From a virus: 64,000 nt of DNA. Position 1 is the first letter of the stretch; each line of letters starts with the position of its first letter. The stretch is taken from positions 30,224-94,223 of the IMG/VR virus record IMGVR_UViG_3300025087_000048; one strand, 5' to 3'. The notes under the pieces are model-generated. The model was not told where the DNA came from. It searched no databases and saw only the letters and a list, made by a program, of their open reading frames with translations. The position numbers and the translations under genes were made by a program. Below, in pieces: positions 47,608 to 56,687 of the stretch.

Positions 47608-48305
47608 AATGGAACATCCCTGATAACGAACATATGCGGCAGCTCGATTTCTATGATCCGTTCAGCCATGCCCAACGCGTAACCATCATCGGGGCTGGCG
47701 GAATCGGATCATGGGTCACGGTCGCCTTGGCAAAACTTGGCGTCCGCCATCTGCGTGTTATTGATCCTGATTGCGTGGAATCACATAACTTGTCAACAAC
47801 TCCGTATCGACAGATTGACGTTGGTAAGAAGAAGGTTCATGCACTGCAATCACTCTTAGATGAATTCAAGAGAACGATGGTAGCCGTTCCCCATCGGTAT
47901 GCTGGAGGTCAGTTACCGCAGACGGATGTGCTCATCTCAGCCGTTGATTCTATGGCGGCTCGACGTCTGCTCTTCAAGATTGTCCAGAAACAAAAGATTC
48001 CCTTTTACATTGACGGACGAATTGGAGGTGAGAATCTTCGTGTCTATTCAATTCGGCCAACGAATCCTGTTGATAGACACCTCTATCGCTCAACGCTTGT
48101 CCCTGATCACCGAGTAGCCCCGCTGTCATGCACTGGACAGCAAGTCATGGATGTAGGATTGACAATTGCTGGATTAATCGTTCGATCTGTACGGCAGTGG
48201 GCTGTGCTGCGTCGATATAATCCGGAAGTGATCGTAAAATATGATTGTCTCGTTTCATTTGTGGCAGATCCTATTGAGATTCCACACGCGGGAGAACCAC
48301 AATGA
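47601..48305 (+). CDS. E1/ThiF-family activating enzyme
   Basis: RQ...VTIIGAGGIGSW...LAKLG...IDPD.VE.HNL...GKKKV...AVDSM..R...DGRIG...LSCT. Confidence 0.92.
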   Translation: MVKWNIPDNEHMRQLDFYDPFSHAQRVTIIGAGGIGSWVTVALAKLGVRHLRVIDPDCVESHNLSTTPYRQIDVGKKKVHALQSLLDEFKRTMVAVPHRYAGGQLPQTDVLISAVDSMAARRLLFKIVQKQKIPFYIDGRIGGENLRVYSIRPTNPVDRHLYRSTLVPDHRVAPLSCTGQQVMDVGLTIAGLIVRSVRQWAVLRRYNPEVIVKYDCLVSFVADPIEIPHAGEPQ

Positions 48306-48691
48306 TTTTTCCACCTGACAGGAAACTCGACCAGCAACAACTCGAAGATGTCTGTCTGTACTTAATGAGAAACAACCCCTGTCACACTCCTGGAGTTGAA
48401 GTCATAATGCGCAATCTCAGGGTCATAAGCAAACACCCTAGTTCGCCAGTTTTAGACGTAAACCCAATGCTACATCGTTCCTATACAACATATTTCTGGT
48501 GGACCTCCATGGATAAGAACGGAAATAGGTACGCTCACAAGGGTTCAAAAGAAGAAGTATATCAATATTGGATGTCAATTCTCACGAGTCTCAATGAGGC
48601 TCCGGATCTCATTCTGAGCAACCACGTAAAAACACGTAAATCTTGTCTCTACTATTACAGAATCCCAAACTCAACAGAACTGTCAAAATGA
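48302..48691 (+). CDS. hypothetical protein, paralog 1
   Basis: Shares YFW.TS / Y..SIL..LN..P..I...H......C.YY.R with 48688-49026. Confidence 0.65.
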   Translation: MIFPPDRKLDQQQLEDVCLYLMRNNPCHTPGVEVIMRNLRVISKHPSSPVLDVNPMLHRSYTTYFWWTSMDKNGNRYAHKGSKEEVYQYWMSILTSLNEAPDLILSNHVKTRKSCLYYYRIPNSTELSK

Positions 48692-49026
48692 TGCATACTC
48701 CGCTCTCACAACGTGATCTCGAATCACTTGCTCGTGGCCTTGCACAGGGCAAGAGTATTCGTCTTCATCAGTTAACCATTGGACACCACTGTGGCAACCC
48801 GTACATTCTTCGAGTTATAACCCAGTCAGGCGCTTCCTACTTCTGGTTTACATCGAGTTTGGTCGGACGGTGGAACCTGCCAAAGGTAAAAATAGAAACC
48901 GTACTGAAATACCACTTGTCTATTCTTGAATTTCTAAACCGAACCCCACAAATCATTGAGGAAACACATAGGAAGTTAGGATGGCGTTGTGTCTACTATT
49001 TTCGGCCTGTCCAATCGACACGATAG
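48688..49026 (+). CDS. hypothetical protein, paralog 2
   Basis: ATGA-coupled; same motifs as 48302-48691. Confidence 0.65.
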   Translation: MMHTPLSQRDLESLARGLAQGKSIRLHQLTIGHHCGNPYILRVITQSGASYFWFTSSLVGRWNLPKVKIETVLKYHLSILEFLNRTPQIIEETHRKLGWRCVYYFRPVQSTR

Positions 49027-49035
49027 GAGATACCC

Positions 49036-49824
49036 ATGCGCGCATCATTCACCGGCACTGTGGTCATCGGCCTCGTCACAATGGCGATCAAAGCATTCAA
49101 AACCACACAGGAACAGAATCTTAATTTCACTCTGCTACATCGTGCATGTCAAGCTCCTTTGAAAATCATGCACGTATGTAAGATGTGTGAACAACCTGTT
49201 CAAAAGAACGATTCAGTCCGCGGAATTGAAACATCAAGTGGATGGGTTACCTTCGACGAGCAGGAGATTGAAGAACTCGAGCCCGTGTCCGCTGAAGGTC
49301 ATCCGATTCGCGGGGAGCAGTGTATCCCGCTTGCTCAAGTGGATTCTCTCTGGTACGATCAGACGTACTTCATGGTTCCAACCGACGTACAAGATATGCG
49401 CCCCTACGCACTGATCAAACGTGTGCTCCGTGATGAACGACTTGCGATCGTCGTCACATACACGACGCGAGGACACATCTACTTGGGACTTATTTGCCCC
49501 AATCAAGACAACCTCATTCTGCGACGTCTCTTCTACGCTGATAACATGCACGCGGTCGAAGATTTTCAGGCTGGAAACGCCCCGATTCACCTTTCTGCAA
49601 AAGAGGTGACTCTTGCCAAACGCCTATTCAAAACGATGACCCGACCGTTCAAACATGAATCCTACCACGACCTTGGGTACCTCCGTCTCATCGAAGTTCT
49701 CCACGCCAAAGAAAAGAAATTGCCAATCCCGCCTCAGAGACGCCCACGTCCAGTTCCAATTCGCACAATGCCCCTTGTTAATGCGCTTCATGATTCTGTC
49801 GAGTACAGGCGCGCTGCAAAATAG
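49036..49824 (+). CDS. ku: Ku-like DNA end-binding protein
   Basis: MRA...G....GLV....K..., LH..C......C..C, YF.VP......Y.L, L.YAD, Y.D.....L. Confidence 0.9.
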   Translation: MRASFTGTVVIGLVTMAIKAFKTTQEQNLNFTLLHRACQAPLKIMHVCKMCEQPVQKNDSVRGIETSSGWVTFDEQEIEELEPVSAEGHPIRGEQCIPLAQVDSLWYDQTYFMVPTDVQDMRPYALIKRVLRDERLAIVVTYTTRGHIYLGLICPNQDNLILRRLFYADNMHAVEDFQAGNAPIHLSAKEVTLAKRLFKTMTRPFKHESYHDLGYLRLIEVLHAKEKKLPIPPQRRPRPVPIRTMPLVNALHDSVEYRRAAK

Positions 49825-49829
49825 AACCT

Positions 49830-50042
49830 ATGCTCGAATCTAAAGTCGTCAAAGTGAGACAACACCTTCTCTGTTTCCTTTGCCAGCAACCAATTGAAGG
49901 CCCGGATAGTCTTCGTCTCCGCTGGAGTCCACACAGAAAAGGTATCGGGCTCCTTGGGTATTTCCATCCAGGAGTTTGCGGAGCAGCCATGGAATCCGTA
50001 CTCCGTGAAAAGGACGAGACAAATGTCCAGACAGATTCTTAA
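49830..50042 (+). CDS. small Zn-finger protein
   Basis: CFLC...FH...C. Confidence 0.5.
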   Translation: MLESKVVKVRQHLLCFLCQQPIEGPDSLRLRWSPHRKGIGLLGYFHPGVCGAAMESVLREKDETNVQTDS

Positions 50043-50478
50043 AACAGAGACACAAATTCTTGAAACAGAAGTACGAAGATTATATCGAGACCAACCAGAT
50101 ATATGCAAAAGGGTTCTCAATCACAAACTAGGAGTTGATCACTACATTCATGGCATGATAGTGCATACTATTCCTGTGTGGATACACACTGCCGATTTTA
50201 TACATCCAAGACGAGTGGCTCTCGGAATGGTTAACGGAATCTGGACTCTATGTGTTGCACCAAAATACACCAACACTGAAGCTCCGGAATTCAAAGACAC
50301 GCCCTGGAATGACGAAGGGTCGCTCATTCATCTATCAAGCGTGGTGAGTAGCGGAGAAAATGGACGATTAAACACAATTTTATTTGCAGTAAACATGTCT
50401 GAAAAGGCGTGGTTAAAATTTAAGAAACAGGAACCAACATGTCTTGCCGTCTTATACCCCCGGAACCTGAACTATTAA
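50023..50478 (+). CDS. hypothetical protein
   Basis: Fills the gap; TAATG coupling to the helicase. Confidence 0.5.
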   Translation: MSRQILKTETQILETEVRRLYRDQPDICKRVLNHKLGVDHYIHGMIVHTIPVWIHTADFIHPRRVALGMVNGIWTLCVAPKYTNTEAPEFKDTPWNDEGSLIHLSSVVSSGENGRLNTILFAVNMSEKAWLKFKKQEPTCLAVLYPRNLNY

Positions 50479-51590
50479 TGGCTCCGATCCCTCCGGCACA
50501 AGAACATCGTGCATTGGTCTGGCTTTGGTCTGCTTCGGCTCTATTTCCAGATATTTTGGAACAATTTCCACAGGACATCCTTTCGGAAGAAGGCCGGCAA
50601 TGGCTTACATGCATGCGTGAATTCCCGACCACCCCATTGGGAAGTTCACCGGCATCAGAACAGGAAGGACGTACATATTTTCGCACACAACTTCTTGCAC
50701 ATTTAGCCAAAGAAGCTGCAAAAGCACAGAAAAATGGGTCGCTTGACAGAGTCTATCGTGCTGTCGAATTTCTTGACACGTTTACTACGGCCATCTCTCC
50801 TCCACCTGTCGTTGCATACGATCTTGCTATTCCACAAGTGCGCTCAGTCATTCCAACAGGAATTGAACCCATAGACCAACAAATTCGTGGCCTTGCTGTT
50901 GGAGAACTTGGCATTATTTTTCTTCCTCCTGGGCGTGGTAAAACACAAATGCTTATTAATTTTACTGACACCGCGCTACTTCTCGGGAAGGATGTTTTAT
51001 ATCTTACAATTGCGGACCAATCAAAGGATGAACTGATTCCTCGGATTGATACATGTATCCTGGGAACCCCATGTCCAGCCGAAGCAACCGCAGACGTGTT
51101 ATTGGAACGACATCAACGGGCAAGCCAGCAACGAACAGGCCGTCTGTGGGTTGCCGACTACACAGATCGGGCCTGTGACATTCAGGATATTGAACGAACT
51201 ATTCAACATTGTGCATCAGACCTCATCATCGTTGACCACGCGGATGATGTGTTGTCTCCGTACGCCACAGATCCGACAGCCACTCGGCACAGTCTCAGAG
51301 TTGTCTACCTCGCACTCAAGAAGCTTTCCGTGCGGTACAATGTTCCCATCTGGACTGCAAGTCAATCACCTGAAGCTTCGTGGAACTTCAGAGACACAAG
51401 TATTTCTGATATGGCTGAGGCCAAGGTGGGGAAAGCCACTGGAGCAGCAATTATTCTAGGATTTTCCGGTGGGCCTATTGCCCAACAGGTTCCAGGGGTC
51501 ATGTACTGTTCCATTGCCAAGGCACGGCGATGGTTCACAGAACGGAATTTCCCGCTTCGATACGATCATGAGGTCTGTCGAATATGGTAA
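50478..51590 (+). CDS. DnaB-like (SF4) replicative helicase
   Basis: IPTG...ID....GL..GEL, PPGRGKT, LIIVDHAD, PIWTASQ, AKAR. Confidence 0.88.
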   Translation: MAPIPPAQEHRALVWLWSASALFPDILEQFPQDILSEEGRQWLTCMREFPTTPLGSSPASEQEGRTYFRTQLLAHLAKEAAKAQKNGSLDRVYRAVEFLDTFTTAISPPPVVAYDLAIPQVRSVIPTGIEPIDQQIRGLAVGELGIIFLPPGRGKTQMLINFTDTALLLGKDVLYLTIADQSKDELIPRIDTCILGTPCPAEATADVLLERHQRASQQRTGRLWVADYTDRACDIQDIERTIQHCASDLIIVDHADDVLSPYATDPTATRHSLRVVYLALKKLSVRYNVPIWTASQSPEASWNFRDTSISDMAEAKVGKATGAAIILGFSGGPIAQQVPGVMYCSIAKARRWFTERNFPLRYDHEVCRIW

Positions 51591-52291
51591 CCCCTTGGCA
51601 TTGGCAACAGTACCAACGACCGTCGCACACAATCAAAGTTCCAAAATCTCCAACGGCACTCCCGCCTGAAGCAGTTCCTGCGTGGGTACACCCACGCGGA
51701 CGTGCCTATCTTAAAGAACGCGGGCTCACCAAGGATGAATCGGAACGCTATGATCTTCACTTCTGCGATGGTGGAGTGTGGTCGCAGCGCCTCATTATTC
51801 CGATGTACGTGAACGACATTCTCGTTGCCTTCCAGGGGCGTGATGTCACAGGAACCGATCCGGGACGATACAGGACAGAGGGACCACGTCCCATTTATTG
51901 CCCAGTCCAACCAGACACGCACGCTCCAGGCCCGCTTGTCATTGTGGAGGGTCCATTCGATGCCTTTGCTGTCCTACGAACCTATACGGCTGTCGCCACC
52001 CTTGGCATCTATCCGAGCTCCGCCCAAATAGAAACGCTGATTCAACTCGTGTCCGCATATCACATACCAGTGACGTATGTGTGGTTTGATAACACAGCGA
52101 CCGGAGAAGCCTGCGCATTACAGCTTCAACTGACTCCGCACATCCCCACATTCGTCATTGTCGATGAACAACAGAAAGATCCAGGAGAATACCTATGTCA
52201 CACTCCGGCCAACGCTCTTGGAGACGTTATTTCCCGTCAGGGTTTTCACCAGCCACCCCAGCCAAACCACCATATAAGACCCACTCGTTGA
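51584..52291 (+). CDS. DNA primase (TOPRIM), no N-terminal Zn-binding domain
   Basis: YLKERG, RLIIP, FQGR, VEGPFDA, WFD, KDPGE. Confidence 0.88.
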   Translation: MVTPWHWQQYQRPSHTIKVPKSPTALPPEAVPAWVHPRGRAYLKERGLTKDESERYDLHFCDGGVWSQRLIIPMYVNDILVAFQGRDVTGTDPGRYRTEGPRPIYCPVQPDTHAPGPLVIVEGPFDAFAVLRTYTAVATLGIYPSSAQIETLIQLVSAYHIPVTYVWFDNTATGEACALQLQLTPHIPTFVIVDEQQKDPGEYLCHTPANALGDVISRQGFHQPPQPNHHIRPTR

Positions 52292-52614
52292 TTCATGTGA
52301 AAGAAGCTCCAGAAAACAAGGGAGAATGGAGTCTGGCGATCTTCGACGACACCATTTGTCTCCTGCTCTGCTGCCCTCTGTGCGGGAAACTCACTTCTAT
52401 ACGAACAGAAAACCATTCGATTTGTTTCAACCGGGGTAACACAATTTCAATTGAACCATCGTTGCGCTGTCCGGATACCACCTGCTCATGGCATACCTTT
52501 GTCGTACGATCTACCTGGAGTGAAATGCCCCTGATTACCATCACTGAAAAGGAGAAAACTCCACGAAATCTCCTGTTCGATACTGGAACACGTCCGTGGA
52601 CTGGTTACTGGTAA
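52288..52614 (+). CDS. small Zn-binding protein
   Basis: CCPLCG...H...SIEPSL.C...C.WH; TTGA-coupled start. Confidence 0.55.
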   Translation: MIHVKEAPENKGEWSLAIFDDTICLLLCCPLCGKLTSIRTENHSICFNRGNTISIEPSLRCPDTTCSWHTFVVRSTWSEMPLITITEKEKTPRNLLFDTGTRPWTGYW

Positions 52615-52617
52615 CTC

Positions 52618-53442
52618 GTGGCAAAAAAACACGTTGATCCCGAAGCTATTGGACCCGGGAAATGTCGGCTGTGCCCTCGATATCAACATGCACAGTCTAT
52701 CTGTCTCCCGGGACGTGGGTCAGTGGCCCCAAACTATATCGTAATCTTGGGATACCCGTCGCACGTTGATGATACGTGGTGTCGTACCTGTGATCGCCCA
52801 GCAACAGACCGCTGCCGTCAAACAGACCATCACATTGGGCACATACTCAGTAACGCAGCAGGACATGCATTACGAAACGTTTTACTGAAGGCATCCATTG
52901 ACCCGAACACGGTATTTTACACCAGTGTCGTTCGTTGTGCCGGGAAGCCGCCTGGAATCGTACAGATTCGCCGATGCCGGGCATATCTTTTGGACGAACT
53001 CGCGGCACTTGATCTGTCCCGATGCCGTGGCATCATGCTCCTTGGAGACTCTGCGGTCCACGGAGTGTTGAACCACCCGTATCTCACAGTCAAGCACACA
53101 CGTCTTCGTGTGTTGAACCCCACGGCCCCCCCTTGGGGCCCACCTGTTCGTGCCACCTATTACCCTGTAGAGCTTCTCCTACGCCAATCTGGAGCCATCA
53201 CACAGACAGAGATGGTTGCTGACTTCCTGGACCTTCAGAAACCACGAGATCCAGTCATGCCAACCGCACCCTGGAATTCATCCATGTATGATTTACCGGC
53301 ACCTCAATTGCTTGGAATCGACCTTGAGTGGACACAACACGGAACGATTCGGTGCATCGGATTTTCAGACGGAGTCTGGAAGATGGTAGCTCAGAGTCAG
53401 GATATCCCAAGTTTTCTCCAATGGCTCGAAGAAGCTAAATAG
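52618..53442 (+). CDS. DNA polymerase N-terminal part: family-4 UDG-like domain plus 3'-5' exonuclease motif I
   Basis: C..C......C.PGRG, FYT.VVRC, I..CR.YL, LLG..A, TYYP; then LGIDLEW...IRCIGFSDG before the stop. Confidence 0.82.
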   Translation: MAKKHVDPEAIGPGKCRLCPRYQHAQSICLPGRGSVAPNYIVILGYPSHVDDTWCRTCDRPATDRCRQTDHHIGHILSNAAGHALRNVLLKASIDPNTVFYTSVVRCAGKPPGIVQIRRCRAYLLDELAALDLSRCRGIMLLGDSAVHGVLNHPYLTVKHTRLRVLNPTAPPWGPPVRATYYPVELLLRQSGAITQTEMVADFLDLQKPRDPVMPTAPWNSSMYDLPAPQLLGIDLEWTQHGTIRCIGFSDGVWKMVAQSQDIPSFLQWLEEAK

Positions 53443-53470
53443 TACATATCTCAGGAGGTAAGAAAAAACC

Positions 53471-53821
53471 ATGTTCACACGTCCTTACTACATCCTCAAA
53501 AATGGGAAACCTGTTCAAGAACAAGATGTTCTCAAATGGGCACAGTGGTTCGAAGCATTTTGAAAAGAACGAATAATAGAACAAACAAAAATCAAGCAAG
53601 GTAAGACAAAGTCGAAGGAGATCCTCGTATCAACTGTCTTCCTTAGCTTTGACCACAACTGGAGTCTCTCTGGAAAACCCATGCTATGGGAAACCATAGT
53701 GTTCAATGGTCCCAGCGACGGATATCGAGTACACTATACCAGCCTTGCGGCTGCAAAGAAAGGGCACGCAAAAACCGTTGAACAAGAACGACGAATCCTG
53801 GCGCGATTGACAATCAAATGA
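53471..53821 (+). pseudogene. conserved-looking phage ORF with one in-frame TGA (53561-53563)
   Basis: YIL.NG.PV...D...WA.WFE-*-...VSTVFL..DH...P.LWET.VF.G...A..GH; SD AGGAGG; ATGA coupling at the end. Confidence 0.7.
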
Positions 53822-54078
53822 ACGATCACCACTGGTCGGGCTGGCCGGGTGCATATTGTGTTGATTGTGGGATTGAAGATCAGACAGAAATCTGTCTGGC
53901 TGAACATGATGTCATTCTATATTGCACAAACGGACACTGGTTACCAGACGTCAACACACAATCTCCGGATGATTGTCCACACGATCAAACGCTCTGCTCT
54001 GATCACATCAACCCACCTTGTGCCGAACCTGGGTCCAACAGGCATAACCCGTATCAAAAGAAAGGAGAAAACCATTAA
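53818..54078 (+). CDS. Cys/His-rich hypothetical protein
   Basis: H.WSGWPGAYC.DCG.ED..E.C. Confidence 0.6.
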   Translation: MNDHHWSGWPGAYCVDCGIEDQTEICLAEHDVILYCTNGHWLPDVNTQSPDDCPHDQTLCSDHINPPCAEPGSNRHNPYQKKGENH

Positions 54079-54292
54079 AACAATGACCGGTGTTCGACTC
54101 ATTGTTGTCAGCAAAGAAGTTGCCACGTTCAACGATATAGATGCGCTACGAAAACGAATGCCAAGTAAAGAAGATTTTGATATGTTTGTAGTCTGGGATG
54201 TTGATCATCCTATTGACATGGCTTTCATATCTCTTCGATCCTACTTAGAAAAACAGGGTATCAACTGTAATGGAGAGGAAAAAAACTCATGA
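54074..54292 (+). CDS. hypothetical protein (ATT 54074 or ATG 54083 start)
   Basis: SD AAGGAG 6 nt before ATT. Confidence 0.45.
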   Translation: MKTMTGVRLIVVSKEVATFNDIDALRKRMPSKEDFDMFVVWDVDHPIDMAFISLRSYLEKQGINCNGEEKNS

Positions 54293-54570
54293 CATGGAAT
54301 TATCGCCTTGTATACCGGAAAGATGTTAAAACAACTCCAGGCGCTCGAATGGGCGTCTATGCAATCCACGAAGTGTACTACGATGACAACGGAAAACCAG
54401 ATGCTGTGACTCAAGACGCCATCAGTATCTGCGGGGAAACGATTAACGAGGTATGGACAGCTTATCGACAAATGTCAGAGGCATTCGCACAACCTGTTCT
54501 TGACTACAACACCAGAAGACCAATCAAAAATACTGCAAAGAAAGTAGTAATAAAAGGTAAAAAGAAATGA
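54289..54570 (+). CDS. conserved-looking phage hypothetical protein
   Basis: MTWNYR...IHEVYYD..G.P...T...M..A...PVL. Confidence 0.75.
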   Translation: MTWNYRLVYRKDVKTTPGARMGVYAIHEVYYDDNGKPDAVTQDAISICGETINEVWTAYRQMSEAFAQPVLDYNTRRPIKNTAKKVVIKGKKK

Positions 54571-54708
54571 ACAAATGCCGACACGAAAACTATAGTGCAT
54601 TTAATTACTGCGGAAAATGCGGAAAACACTTAAACACGATCTGCCGCTGTGGCGCTGTCATAGTGCACTCCGATACTTATTGCGTACATTGCGGGAGAAA
54701 ATGCACTC

Positions 54709-54975
54709 ATGAAAAAAGAACTGTGTGATACATGTTACGGCCGTGGATGCCCTGTCTGCCAGCCTGAAAGAGACTTCGAAGCAGAACTTGGAAATAAGGA
54801 TGCGCCTGAAGGACATGTCTATGTATGCTTGGCGTGCGGCAAACAATCAAAAGATAAATATGGATTCAAATCAATCACCCACGGCTGGGATGAATCCTGC
54901 ATGATGAACGCTGAGCTTCATCCCCTTGGAAAATGTATTATTGAACACGGACGTGTTGTCAAAATAAACGACTAG
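54709..54975 (+). CDS. Cys-rich hypothetical protein
   Basis: AP.G.VYVC.ACGK.S.D.YG...GWDESC..NA. Confidence 0.65.
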   Translation: MKKELCDTCYGRGCPVCQPERDFEAELGNKDAPEGHVYVCLACGKQSKDKYGFKSITHGWDESCMMNAELHPLGKCIIEHGRVVKIND

Positions 54976-54978
54976 ACT

Positions 54979-55437
54979 ATGGACGCTCTCATCGAGATGG
55001 CAAAAACAGACCACTATATTAAGAATTTCCTCAAACATTTTGGTCCAAAGCACCTCCGTGTACTCATTACAGGGGAACGCACATTCTCAAATAGTTATCC
55101 AATGTGGTTCCTTCTCTCGTATGTAAAAGAGATTTCTACACCACGTCCGACACTGATTCACGGGGCAGCCCGAGGAGCAGACACACTAGCCGCACACGTT
55201 GCGACGCTCCTCAAGTTCCATGTACGTGCCTACCCGGCGGACTGGACACGGTATGGACGAAGAGCAGGCCCGATTCGCAACCAGCAGATGTTCACAGAAG
55301 GAAAACCTGATCTTGTGATTGCCTTCTTTGTCAACCGTGAACATTCAAAGGGAACAAATCATATGGTTAAGATTAGCAAACGTGCTGGTCTTCCATGTAT
55401 TATTTGGGAGGAAAACAAAGGATGGACACTGGAGTAA
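54979..55437 (+). CDS. SLOG-superfamily (YspA-like) protein
   Basis: LIHG.ARGAD.LA, PADW..YG..AGPIRN.QM, PDLVIAF, GT.HM. Confidence 0.88.
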   Translation: MDALIEMAKTDHYIKNFLKHFGPKHLRVLITGERTFSNSYPMWFLLSYVKEISTPRPTLIHGAARGADTLAAHVATLLKFHVRAYPADWTRYGRRAGPIRNQQMFTEGKPDLVIAFFVNREHSKGTNHMVKISKRAGLPCIIWEENKGWTLE

Positions 55438-55651
55438 AATCTAAAATACGTACGTGTCTTGTCTGTTTCTTCTATGTCGAGTGGGAACGTGATTCACCAG
55501 TCAGTATCGGACACTGTCATCGGTATCCACCAACGGCAGACTCCGGCCAGTCAACGTATCCATTTATGCGAAATTATCCAGTTGAAAGATTTCCATTAGT
55601 GCCAGGCGATCTATACTGCGGAGAATGGAAATCAAAAGGAGAAAAAACAGA

Positions 55652-55897
55652 ATGAATACACGGGTACTCGATTGGAAAACCATGGTTGGAAAACGAGTTC
55701 TCTGTGGGAGCAAAGACACTCAAATTAGAGAGGCCATAGTCCAGGAAGTATCTGAATCGGGTAACTACGTAAAACTATCATCAGTTGTCATGCCACTCAG
55801 TTCAAGCAGACAGGCATACTGGCATGACAGACAAGATATTCACTTCCTTGAAGTCCTACCAGATCCTCTAAGATTCATCAAACAAGATGAAAAATAA
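55652..55897 (+). CDS. small SH3-like protein
   Basis: GKRVL...EA.V.EVS.SG.YVK...W.......LEVL. Confidence 0.55.
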   Translation: MNTRVLDWKTMVGKRVLCGSKDTQIREAIVQEVSESGNYVKLSSVVMPLSSSRQAYWHDRQDIHFLEVLPDPLRFIKQDEK

Positions 55898-55912
55898 TAG
55901 ACTCAACGCCCT

Positions 55913-55989
55913 GCCCCGCTATCCCAATCGGCAGAGGAATTGGTCTTAAAAACCAAAAAGTATGGGTTCGAATCCCATGCGGGGCACCA
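55913..55989 (+). tRNA. tRNA-Leu (TAA), short variable loop
   Basis: GCCCCGC/GCGGGGC, TTGGT-CTTAAAA-ACCAA, ATGGG-TTCGAAT-CCCAT, ACCA. Confidence 0.9.
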
Positions 55990-55994
55990 TACAT

Positions 55995-56082
55995 GCGAGA
56001 GTGCTTGGAATGGCAGACAGGCTGGATTCAAAATCCAGTGGGGGTTTCCCTCGTGGGGGTTCGAGTCCCCCCTCTCGCACCA
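55995..56082 (+). tRNA. tRNA-Leu (CAA)
   Basis: GCGAGAG/CTCTCGC, CTGGA-TTCAAAA-TCCAG, long variable arm, GGGGG-TTCGAGT-CCCCC, ACCA. Confidence 0.93.
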
Positions 56083-56409
56083 TGATATATTCAGTACGCG
56101 TACTGCGTGTGGCACGCGGTCACGGGGCATGTGAGTCCCCCGTGCTTTTTAGGACGGTCGGTTCCGACTTACAGCGAATCCGGCCAGCGAGCATATTCAC
56201 CACATATAGGAGAAAAGAAATAATGGCAAAAATATTTCTTACGCTAACATTTCTCGGCTGGTGGTTTCTTATGTCAGGGTGGCATCCAAAACAAATTGGT
56301 CCATTTGAATCACAGGAAATTTGCGATAAGGTACGTAATAACTATCTTACAGCAGGCAATATCTGCTGGTTCATAAAGCCAAACTGTTAATAGCTTATAG
56401 GAGGAATCC

Positions 56410-56670
56410 ATGGACGAACTGGCAAAGGCAATCACTGAATTAATCCGCACGGGTGCCCCGCTTGGAGCCACAGCTATACAGTGGTACTTTATTATACGTT
56501 TATCAGAACAAGTTCTAAATCTAGTCGCCATCCTCTCTGCATTTGGAACAGCGATCTTTATCTTCATCCGTATCCAAAACTATCTTCGTTGGATACGTAC
56601 AAAGGAAATGGAATCAGCTGATAGAAAAGGCCAACCATACGAAGCCCCACGTCACGGAGAGGGGTTTTAA
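56410..56670 (+). CDS. small membrane protein
   Basis: SD AGGAGG; TM helix. Confidence 0.55.
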   Translation: MDELAKAITELIRTGAPLGATAIQWYFIIRLSEQVLNLVAILSAFGTAIFIFIRIQNYLRWIRTKEMESADRKGQPYEAPRHGEGF

Positions 56671-56687
56671 TTCATTCATGCATGAAT

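Noticed and set aside
47044-48305. Thiamine/molybdopterin biosynthesis, CBASS, or a lambda-type tail tip (JAB/Ubl) module
   Set aside because: No ThiG/MoaE/sulfurtransferase, cyclase or tail genes nearby; the location is the early/replication arm
53561-53563. Genome-wide TGA recoding
   Set aside because: TGA ends many genes with ATGA/TGATG coupling, and no suppressor tRNA is seen
56090-56195. Additional tRNA after tRNA-Leu(CAA)
   Set aside because: No cloverleaf; only a CACGGGG/CCCCGTG hairpin with a T-run (possible terminator)
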